The notes under the pieces were generated by a model. It saw only the letters and a program-made list of their open reading frames with translations, was not told the origin of the DNA and did not search any database. A DNA stretch of 64,000 nucleotides, from the NCBI GenBank assembly GCA_041651035.1, contig JBAZKC010000001.1, forward strand, positions 579,244 to 643,243, given 5' to 3'. Shown piece after piece: positions 30,001 to 42,000 of this stretch. A program made the position numbers and the translations under genes. The first letter of the stretch is position 1, and the number at the start of each line of letters is the position of its first letter. Origin of the DNA: Candidatus Omnitrophota bacterium. Lineage in GTDB: Bacteria > Omnitrophota > Gorgyraeia > Gygaellales > Profunditerraquicolaceae.

Positions 30001-33000
30001 ATCTTATCTGCGCTGACCGCGACAGGCACTTCACCAGGGATGAGCTTAAGAGGCTGTGGTTTAGGGATATAGGAGGCTTGGCTAATGCCTACCGATACAA
30101 CCAATTAGGGTTGAGGGAAACAGTAGAGACTGTCCTTGACCGTCTTTTTATAGGCAGAGATGAAATTAATGGTTTGGGTGGGCAAATAGTGGTGGGTGGG
30201 CCTACCTTCGGCAGTTATTTGCAGGAGTGGGTAAGCGAATTTAAGAAATGGACTTATAATGTTGAGGATCTGCGCGGAAGATTCGTGTATGTCCCTTGGT
30301 CTGATGCCAAGTTGCTTAAGATGCAGGCAATCGGCGCAAATATCTGCGTTGATTTTCCCCCCTATGGCGATGAGGCTTGCGGAACTTCCCATCAAAGGAC
30401 AGCGCTTAACGGAGGTATCGTTATTGCTATAAATGGCGCCGGCCCTGCGGAAATGATGTCGATGTCGGAAAAGATAAGGCGTTTTCTTTTTGGTCCCTAT
30501 GTCATTCAGACCAAAGACGGACTGGTGAGTGATAATAAGGCCTTCTATAATTGCGCACCGCCAGACTTGTTTGGGAAGCTAGAGATGGTTACCGCGGATT
30601 TCTACGATAATAAAGAGGCGTATAAAGACGATATGTATAGTTTTTATCTGGCCTCCCAGAAAGTTACGGCCCAGGCCATGGAAGAGCGGTATACAGAGCA
30701 GGCTTATCTACCCTTAGTTGATAAGGCCGCCAGCTCTCCGGTGGGGGCGCTTGTAGGATTGCGGTTAGATATCAGAAGAGACCACGCCAGCGCATCATTA
30801 CAAAGATATAACCATCAGCAAATTCTAACTCAAATAATCGGTTTTCCAGCTCATGCTATCCATGCTCCGCCTCTAGCTAGCAGCAGCCCGCTTGCATCCC
30901 AGGCCACAACTGCCCCCGCAAGCTCCCTGCTGCAGAGAATAGCAACATCTGCCTCAAAGCCCTTAGCCGTCTTTATTCTAACCGTCCTATTAACTATCTT
31001 TTCTTTCCTCCCCACCCCCGCCTTTGCCCACTACTTCAAGGATACCCCTCAGGGCAGGGTAGCGGTAGTAGAGGAATGGTCCTCTAAGGATCCCCAGGCA
31101 AACACCTTAAGCGGCATCGGAAAAGACATGCTGGAAGCAAGAGGCGAAGAAGCCACTCTGGAAGCCCTTTACGGCAAAGACGGCAACAGTGGTATAGTAA
31201 GAGAGCTTAAAGGTGCTAATAATCTTTCCACTGACCAAATTTATCCCGGCCAGGAACTTAAGTTACCAGCAGAAAATACCCCTATAGTAGAAGAACAAAC
31301 AACTCCTTCTAAAGATCAAATTAACAAACCACAGGTCAAGCCTCAGGAAAAACCAACCAAGGAAGAACAAACCAAGGAAGCCCCAGCCAAGCGGAAAATC
31401 CATATCTTCTGGGCCGTAATCTCTGTCTTATTTACTGGTATCCTTATATACCTAGGCAAAATATTGCTCATTAAGATACTACGCAAAGTTAAACCCGCCC
31501 CAGCCCCTGCTGTTCAAACCCCCGATATCAAATTCGGCACCTCAGGTTGGCGCTGGGATGAATACAACGAATATACAAAAGACGGCGTATTCATGGATGA
31601 CTGGTTCTTAAACGACTTCTATGCCGCCATACAGGCCTGCGCAGAGGAAATATTAAAGCAGGAACAGCTTAACCCCAAAAGAAAAGGCGTTATCATCAGT
31701 GGCGATACCCGCTCAGTAGGCCCCTACACCAACCTTGACCTGGTGGAGATGGCTACAGATTACTTAGGCAAGGCAGGAATATACGTAATCAAGCTGGAGC
31801 AGTATTGTCCTATTCCGGCAGTCTCCTGCCTGATCAGCCGCCTTAATGCCGCCGGTTCCATATACTTCACCGCTTCGCATAACCCGGGTAAGGGTTATTC
31901 TATTACCAAAGAAGACGGCTCTACCATGCAAATCAATAACGATGGCATAAAATTCAACCCTGCTGATTCCGGGCCCGCGGGAGAAGAAATCACCGGCCCC
32001 ATAAACCAGCGCAGCAATGAATTAAGGAAGGCAAGCTTCGGCACCAGATGGTGGGAGGATATTATCAACCGGCAGGAAAGTGTTACGCCGCTGAGTTATT
32101 TATTTACTACGGCATCTATAGAATATATTGAATCTCTTAAAGAAGTCATTGATTTTGACATAATTAACAAGGCATTTAAGCAAGGGGATATAGATTATAT
32201 TGTCATTGATACCAAGCACGGCGCAGCAGTGGATTATTACCGTGCTATTATTGAATATTTAGGATTAGAAGAAAGTAAGGATTTTGAGATCATCAACGCC
32301 GAACACGACTCAAGCTTTACCCAGCTGGTTGACCCTGAAAACAACATCTCTCGTCCTGACCGTCCAGAACCGGATGCCAAATACTCTAAGCATTTAATAA
32401 CAAGAGTAAAAGAGCTCAGCAGCCAGGGTAAGAAAGTCATCGGTGTTGCCTGCGATGCTGATGCTGACAGGAATGGTATTGTAGACAGCACAGGCACCTT
32501 CCTTGACCCGAACATGACCTTAGCCATTATCTCAGAGTATGCCTTGCAGCAGGCCTTCATCAACTGGCTGGAACTTAAGTATCCGGAAAAACAGCTAGCC
32601 TGCGATGATTTTATAGAGACAGAAGACAGGCGGGAACAGTTCAAAGCCTTGACCCAGGAATTTATCGCAGAGCAGAATGTCGGACTAGCCAAGACTATAC
32701 CCACATCCAACATGATCAATGCCATTGCCGCTATCTGGGGCTGCCGCCTTGAAGAGACCAAGGTAGGCTTTAAATGGTTCAGGCCCTACTTATTGCCTGG
32801 CTCTGAAAATCCAGTCCTGGTTGCCGGAGAAGAGTCCCAGGGTCTAAATATCCGCAGCCAGAGAGAAAACCCCAGGTATATAGTCCTGGAAAAAGACGCC
32901 CTGGTAGCCGGCTTAAAGATGCTGGAAATAGCCTCCAGGACCGGCCTTACTCCGCTACAATTATCCGATAAATTACAGGAAGGAATAGGCTACTTCGCCT

Positions 33001-36000
33001 ATAACCGTGGCGGCGTAGACCTGCGCACTAAGACCGACCTGGATAAGATAGATACCTTAAAAGCTGCCCTAAAGAAACAACTAGATGCTTTAAAAGATAA
33101 GATATCCAAAAAAGAAACAACAGAAATCTCCGGCAAAGCCATTGCCCAGCCTATCTTTGATGACGGCTACAAGCTGGTATTTGCTGACGGCTCCTGGCTA
33201 TGCATACGCTTCTCCGGTACAGAGCCCGTAGTAAGGCTATACACGGAAGCCAGCGGCAAGACACCCGAAGAAGCAGAAGCTACTCGCCAGGTTAACCAGA
33301 AGATCGGTGAAGAGCTATTGGAGTTAAAGAGTAGTGAGCAGCAAGAGGGGGAAGAAGATTCAATAGCTCTTGCCACCGATAGTTCTAATGTGTATAATAA
33401 TAATATGGAAATGGATATTGCAAACGAAAAACAGCAAGGCGCTATTGTCGCCGAAAAACTCCGTACTCCGCTTAATACGGCTGATGAGTCAATGGCCAGC
33501 CATTTCTTGGAAGGCGGATATGGTCAGGTTGGTTATGGCGTACCTGATGGCGCAGCAGTGGATGGTTCACATACCTTTGATGAAGAGAGTATCCAGGGAT
33601 ATTATGCAGGTAAGGCCGGCAAACAGGCATTCTTAAAGACAGTAAATGCGTGGAAAGTTTTCTTTGCGAGTAGAGCAGAGAAATTAGGTAAGCGTATTAT
33701 AATCATAATTAAGATCGGCATCGGAGGGCAACATACGCCATTTCAGGGTATTGCTAGCGGGATTGAAATAATTGATGCGACGACTGGTAAGATTATAGGC
33801 GAATATGAATTAGGCAAGGATTTTGAATCTGCTATAGCCAGCATATTAAAACAGTTTAACGCCGGTTGGGACCAAATTGCGGTTATTCCCAGCTCCAAAT
33901 CAGGTTCCACTGATGAATCTATGATGGTATTCGTTGAGATCCTGTATGTTATTTTAAAACACATTGCGATGCAAAAAGGTATCAACGGAGAACAATTTGC
34001 CAACACCGTTTTAAATACGTTGCATGAAGTAAACTTTATAGATGGCAAAGAACGCGCAGGAAGAGATTTATTTAAGGGCTTTAACCTCAAGCTGATTAGC
34101 GATAAGATAGGCGTGGACGATAGTTTAGTTAAAGAAATATTCGGCATAGTCTTGGGTAATATGTTCTTTGAGACTACGGACAGGCCTGATCAGAGCCGGC
34201 TTTCCGCGTTTATCCGTAATTCCGGGTTGGATGAGGAATTAGGCGAAGATGCCCCGGGATTTGGGGCGATGTTTGATAATGTGGGCGGCCGCTGGACAGG
34301 CGACCTGCATATGATGGCGTTTCTGGCATTCCATAAGCTTAACGCCAAAAAATACTGGAAGAAGCGTTATAATGGCATAGTTAAGGTTGTTAAGGGAAAA
34401 CATGCAGGGAATGTTTTAGGGAATAAAATACTTGATGAAATAATTACGGATATCGCATTAATTGTTCCGGACTGGCTATTCTGGTTCGGTAAGTCCTGTG
34501 AGCAGAATTTCAACGAAAGTATCTGGCAGCTAGGATTTGCCAATTTAGTAACCATTAAACAGAGCCATTGGGATATGCAGAAGAGGCATTATGAAAACAA
34601 TCCTCACAAGCTGGTAATCAACCTATGTGGTATTTCTATCCCGGATACGTTTAATGTCTTTAAGGTAAAATTACCTAAGTTAGAGAAAGTTAATAAGCAG
34701 AAATTAGTAGGAATATTTGCGGAGCTTTTTACTACATTCTATGGTATGACCAATACCGTAGGCACTCGCCTTATCGCCCGCGCTTTAATAAAAGCAGGAT
34801 TTACGGCTTCTGACGTTGATATGAATGATTTGGATAAGGACGCCACTAAAATTGTCCAGCAAAACCTTTTCTTACGGCAACCGTATGTAGAATTGGGTAA
34901 GGTCTTATTAGAGAAGAGACTAAAAGAATTACAGGAAGAAGAAGCTAAAAAAGCAGGAGCGATTGGAAAGGCATTAGAAGAGGTTAAGCGCTTGGCCAAA
35001 GAAGGAAAGCTTGAAATTAGTATCCCCGGTATGAACGCGCCTGCAAATATTAAGAACGTAGATGAGCTTGCGGAAGTAATGCGCCAGGCAATTAGTTTTG
35101 CTAAGACTAATAACCGCAAATTCGTGCCTTTCATTTACCTGGAAGGCGAGAGATTCTATGGCTTGAGAGATTATTTAACAGAATTAGGAATAGAATGGGT
35201 TATGCAAGGTACTGGCGACCAGCATATCAGTTATCAGCAGGTATTAGCCCAGCCGCAGAAATACCTGATGTTTATGATTTCTTTCGTTCCAGAACAGGCT
35301 CTCCCCGGCAGGCCGGCAATTGGTTTTGCCAAAGGTTATCTGAATAAGATCAGCCCCAATATGGTGCGGGATTATTTTGCCGAGGCTTCTTATAAGGCCC
35401 TGACTGAACTGCGTAAAGAAGAAGGCGGGAGAGGCCTATTCTTAAGATTAATTGATTCTGTCGATAATTATGACATGTTAAAAGACGCTATGAAGATAAG
35501 CACAGCAAAAGAATCTGAAAAAAGAGCTAATGCTGCTTATCCTTTAGCTGTTGATGCTGAGGCCCAAAAACAAGCCGAACAAAAATACGGCAAAGGGAAA
35601 GTTTTAACCGATATTAAAGTAACAGATTTTAGCCTGAAACAGCCCAAATCATTTTTGGATAACCACTACGAAGTTTTAAGACAAAGGCTAGAACAGCTAG
35701 AGCAACTCTTAGGCCGCGCGCCTCCGGAACTCGCTAATTGGACTCTTGTTATTACCACCGATTTATCCCTCACCCAAGACAATGTCGCTGCCTGCGATAT
35801 CACCACAAAAACAGTCTATCTCCATCCATATTTCTTTAGTCTCCCTGAAGCCAAGCAATTAGAGATTCTCTACCATGAACTTATCAGCCACATTACAAAA
35901 GGCATAAGTGATGAGAAAACAGCAATACAGGATACAAAAGAGTTTGCTGAAAATGAGCTTGTTCTTAGTCGAATTATAGATTCTTTAGAGAAGATCATTA

Positions 36001-39000
36001 ATTCCGACCCAGAATCTGATATTCCTACATTTCTTAGGGCTAAGACTGGTTGCAGGGATATAAATTGGATGAGGGCAGTGTTAGTAGCTAGCCGGGGTTT
36101 GAATAACTCCTCCAGTTCTCCGGTAAAGAAAGAAATACTTGCCGTTGAGACAACCAGAAGGACTTTCGTAAAGTTGTCGCTTGCCGCCGCCGGCGCATTA
36201 GAATTATTACCTATATCTGCCTGCTCAAGAGAAACTTCTTCTCGGAAAAATATCCCTCCCGGTCAAAGAATTCCCCAAAAAGCCATTCCCGTAAAGCAGT
36301 TATCAGGGATAAAATCTTCAGAAACTCCGGCTTCAAAGCCACAACCCGAAACCACCGTAGAGGAAGTTAAAGAGCTAACCACTGTCAGGCTCATTACTGG
36401 GGTTAATGGGCAATGGTTTGACCCTAAGGATAAACAGGGATATACCGTTTGGCTAAACGCCAGAGGCGGAGTAGGAGAGATGTTTGATTTATCCGGCGTT
36501 GTTGCTTTACGCATAACATTCCCCAAGGAAGCGGTCCATAGGAAATTCGTTGTCAGCCTGCTTCCCGTAGGAGAGAGTACGACTCTTTTCACGCCCGTAG
36601 GCTTAAATACCAATATTTATACTGTTCCCGAAAGCCGTGTTGTAGAAATTCCTATTTCAGAATTCCCGCTATCAAGGAAGGAATTGAAGAAGATACTACA
36701 AATTCGTATCCATTCCGGCTCAAGCGCAGGGGATATCCCATTATATCAGAGTCCGGATGAAGAGGTGAGATTTGGGAAGATAGAGGTAATCATCCCCACT
36801 AGACTGTTAAATCGCCCCTCAACCAGACGCGACCTTTTTGCAGAATTGTTCCTGGTAGGCATCCGTCGTAGTCTAGACCAGCCTATAGATTCAACGGTCG
36901 GCTCGTTGGTAGCTATGAATGGCCATAGCAGTTCGCCTCTAAAGAAATCCGCATCTTTGCCTCAAACAAACATAAGAAAAGTCAGCAAAAGTAATTTTCT
37001 AGAGAAATATCGCGGCATAGCTTACGACGAGGATGGATTCTATTATCGCGGTGAGAATGAAAAACCGGCGCAATTTGTAGATGTGCTTAATGAGGCCCTC
37101 CAGCAAATAAAAAGTATTATTCCGTTTCCTCTCGGCCCTCCTTTAGAAGTGAATGTGGTGTCTAATCTTGGCGTGCCGGCAGGTAAATATATCAGTCCTT
37201 CTCAAGAGGTGTCACTTGTATTCGATGAGCTCTATGTTGAGAGCCTGCTTGGTAATAGGTATTTTTATCCCCAGCTTACCGTAGCCATTTTATCGCTTTT
37301 AATCGCCCACGAATTAAAGCATACCGACGAATTCCGTTCTGGCTGGAGAGAGAAGATAGAAGAATATTCTATAATTTCAAGAATAGATATACCTGTTTAC
37401 AGGAAATTAATTGCCCATCTGGGCCTTGAATTAAAAGCTCTCCTTAGAGTAAATTCTCTAGCTCATCTAAAAAGTTACATTACGGAATTAGAACAGCTAA
37501 GCAGCATGAATTCTATCAGCCGCTCGCTTAGGCTTATTAAATTAGTTAGAGATAATTACAAGCCTTTAGTTATAAAGAAGGTAAATCTAAAGGTGGCGAG
37601 AAATTCCATTCTTCAGGTAGTTGACCTTTTTGTGGCAGCTACTTTGTTTGGGATTTATTTGGTTTATCCTGGAGTAGCGTTACTTAAACCCGTCGTACTT
37701 TTCTTTACCTATTATATTACATCCTCATTTACTAAGGCGATAATGTCATTTGCGCAGGAAAAACAGCTGGTTAAATATATAATTAAACCAGCCGGCTTAT
37801 TATTTTTATTCATAGAGAAAGCGCTTTCAAGGCCTTATTCCGTTCCCCTTATCTTCTTTGGTTCATTGACAGTTTTAAGCTTTATCCGTGGAGATATGAA
37901 TGATGCGGCTCTATATACGATCTTTATGGGTTTCTCATGTTTATTCCCATTTTTATTCTCATCAGGAAAGATAGAAAACGTCAGCTCAGAGCTTTCTATA
38001 AAATGGGGAATTAAGCCTTTATCTAATGGGGAAAACGGAGCCCGTTCCAGCTCGCCACTAGGAGTGTTGCTGCGTAGTACCCGATTGAACTGTAACAGCC
38101 ATCCCGAAGACAGCCAATCTATGTCTGCTTTTCAGGATGAAACGGGGATTACAAGTTCTTATCCGGGCATAATTACCCAGGATAGGCAAGCAAGGGGAAT
38201 CGTTATAGATGAAATTGAATTTCTTTTACGCGCATTAAAAATCGATTTATCGAAGGATCAAACGGATAAGATTTGTAAATTTAAAATAGATGGAACTATA
38301 ACCCAAGAATATGACGAAGCAGAAGACCTTTATTATAGAAAATTATTTTTTATTGGTTTTACACTTTTAGCTTGTTCAATATCTGCTATTATTTATCTTC
38401 TCATTTCTGTATCGTCGTCTATTATTCTTATCGGCATTTCCCTTGTCTTCCCCTTTATGTTGGCTTTTTTTGCTTACCGGTATGTTACGAATAAAAATCT
38501 TGGTCCAAATCAAATTGATAATTCATTTTATGTATCCGGGTTCGTAGAGTATAACGGGGGTTGCGCAATAACTATAAGAGGTTATAGAAATAGAAGAAAT
38601 GAAAATGCTTATGGTGTTAAAGGATTGCGGAAAACAATAGCGCATGAGTTTATTCATATGCTGCGATTAGCGGGAATTATTAAAAGCGATGAATATGCAG
38701 TAACGGTTGAGGAACTTCGTGCTGCAGAGTTAAAAGATACTCATAGTTCGTATCAGAGAGATGGGATTATTAATAAAGGGAGAGAACTTCGTCGTTCTTC
38801 AATAACTTTACAAGAGGCCGTTATTTTAGCAAGAGAAGAGGCGAGTGGGCTGGATTTGGCTTCTCCTAATTGGCTTTTTATGGAAACTGGGGAGCAACTG
38901 CTTAAAGAAAATTATTCTTCTTACGTATTTGGAGCATATATAGCTGGTATCCTTTTGGAAATGGGGAATATTGTTGAAGCGTGGGAAATACTCCGTAGAG

Positions 39001-42000
39001 ATTTACTGATGGTAAAGAATAGAAGGAGTCAACAAGTTAATTCGGACTCAGGTCGCTCCAGCTCGCCGGTAGAGGCAGAAACCGAGCATCCGGTGTTAAC
39101 TGAGTTTAAATCAAGGATGCGCTGTGATGGGCTTGAGATTACAGGAGGAATGCAAATAATAAATAAATGGCCGACAACGCAATCTTCTCTCCTGTTGGAA
39201 GATGGAAATTCAATAGAATGGTATTTGTTTAGGATAAGTGACTCCAGATTTCATGAGATATTCGTAGATTTCGGAAGAGTAATTGGTTATGCAGGCGTCT
39301 CAATAACGGCGGATAACGAAGCAGGATTGCTTTTTAATGCTTTTTACCGAGGTAAAAAGATAACTTTTTGGCGGCAGGTTTATACGAAGAGAATAAGGGT
39401 TTTGTCGGAAGAATTAAGGAATTTAGGGTTTGGTATAGTTGATTTCGTTGTTCCTTATCATCAAGTTATCAGTAGTCCCCAACTGGATTTAAGAATTCAT
39501 AAGTATTGTTCTGATAAAAAAAGGCCATATAGTACCTTGAAGGATGCTATCGCAAGGATTAATACAGCCATAGAAGCTGGCCAGCCTATTATTGATACTC
39601 AAGACATAGAAATGGCTACATATAGCGGTTTTCCAGGATATTTCTCTTTTGTCCCCGCAGCCAAATTCTATTTGAGAGAATTGCCTAAGGATTTCGGGAT
39701 ATTGTTTGAAACTAGGTCTGATAAAGATAAAACAGAGGTAGAATTAAGCCGGGAAGATGAAAGTATTATTCGGGCAATACTTGCGGTTAATAACGAAGTA
39801 AGAGAAATAGATATAATTAATTTTCTGTCGGGTAGAATGCTTAAGCTCGACTTATCTCTGGCTTCCAGCTCACCGGTAAGAATTTTGACGAGAGCCAAGG
39901 ATGCCTTCTACGGAAAATTAGCGGACTCCAGGCGCAGCGAGGCGATTTCTTTATTGGCTAAAGCCAAAGAAGGTATTACATCAGCGAGAGTCAAGGTAAG
40001 TAATGAAGAATGGGAAAAATTAGCAATACAAGGATGCAAAGATATTTGGCAGGCAGCCACTGACTATAGAAAAGCCGCAAAGCTTTGCAAGCTAATAGGT
40101 AGCTATAGAAAGGCAAAATTATTAGAGCGCGCAGCTTCAATCCTAGAAAAAGAAGAAATTAGAGTCTGGGAGGCGCTTGTTTCCGGCAGAAGAAAACAGC
40201 CAAAACAACGGATAAACCTGGGCAAGGTTGTCTTAGGGCCTCTTGACACGGATCCCTCCATCATCATCCTTAAGTTTACGGATGAAGATGCCGCAGGGGC
40301 AAGCCAAGGTGAGCAAGGCCGGACCGCCAGCAGCCCCATTGCTACTATCTTACCTATGTTTTTTGCCGCAGGCATTGACTGGTTGGCTAAGGAAGGATTT
40401 TTGGGCCCCGAATTTACCCCGATTATGATCAACGGGCGGCCGCTTTCTGCTGATGATATACGTATCTGCGAAGAGCTGGGTGGGCAATACCGGGAAAGAA
40501 TCGGAGATCCTAAGCGCTATATCCGTTATTGCCTACCCGTATTATTAGCTAAAACCAGGAACATGTCCAAGCTGCGCGCTTGGAACCAGGAGATAATAAC
40601 CTGGATTAAAGACTATCAGTACACGTATCGACTCGGTAAGCCCAGCCTTTATGTCCGCAATTGCCTGCCTGTTTTATTAGACAGGGTTAGAGATATAGAC
40701 GAGTTAAACGCCTGGAATAAGGCAATAATGAAGCTGATTCAGACCTACAAAGAAATGTTCTACAATCCTTATTATTATGTTAAGAATACGCTGCCTGTTT
40801 TATTATCCAGAGCCAAAGACATAGCTGAGCTGGATTCCTGGAGCGAAGAGATGATGAAGCTGCTGGAGGAATCTTGTCTTCACGGCTTCAAGTCCGTAGA
40901 AGATCGTCTGAATCAGCTTATCGCAAAAATCCGGGGAGATAATCCATCGGACAAAGGCAGCCGAACAGGCTCCGGTCCTTCGGCTTCTTCGCCTTTGGGC
41001 GCAGTAGTGCTCATAGAGGCAAGCCAGCGGGAGCGCGCCAGTTCGCCGGTGGTATTAAAAAATAGAACCGCCCCCGCATCAAATCCATCCTCTCCATATC
41101 CCGAGCTATTTATAACAAGACGATTCAGGGAGACCGATACCCAGTTTAACCGGCAGCTCTCAAGGACAATAAATAATAGAATTACCGAGAATAATGCCCG
41201 CGGCAGCACAACCAGGGTACTTTGGATTGGCCCGGGCAGGGGATATGAATTATATGAACTGCTATATTTAATTGATCATGAGTTTGGGTTTAGATCAGAT
41301 GCCATAGAGCTCTTTGCGTTAGACAAACGGGATTTGCTGGAAAAAGACCGGGATAATTTATTGGATTTCTTTAAGAGGGAGATGAAAAAAGAATTATCAC
41401 CCGAGGTAACCGCAGTTTATCTGGCGCGCGTAAAGCAGGCGCTGCACAGTATAGATTTGAACGAAGCAAACCCACCTTTTAGAGAAGGCTTCTTTGATGT
41501 TATCGTAGTGGGTCATGATGTAGGATTATATTTTAGGGATAAAGTAGCGATATATAACAAGCTTAAAAGAACATTAAAACAAGATGGAGTTGCTTTCGCC
41601 GACCTTTATCTTATTAAGCCGATAGAGCTTAAAGAAACAATTGGCCAGTGGGGGAGCGACTTTAATTTTCTTCCTTCCATAGGCTTACAGATAACTAATC
41701 ATAACCCTTTGTTAATGATTCCCCTAGAATTTCTGAAGTCAAAGCAGATTGCGGTAACAGGCGACCCCATATTTGCAAGCTATTACAGTTTATCAGCCAG
41801 CTCGCCGGTAGAGGGAAAACCGGGGTTACTGCCGGGGTTAATCGTTGCTATTTCGCTGGCGGATGTAGGAGCAACGATAGTAGTAGCAAAGGATGGTGAG
41901 CAGGTACTTGAATATTCTGGTTCATTACTAAAAGTCATCGAACTGCTGCCGTATTTAAGGAACAGCGGAGCAGCAGGCATTTACCTCTACGGGGGTCTTT

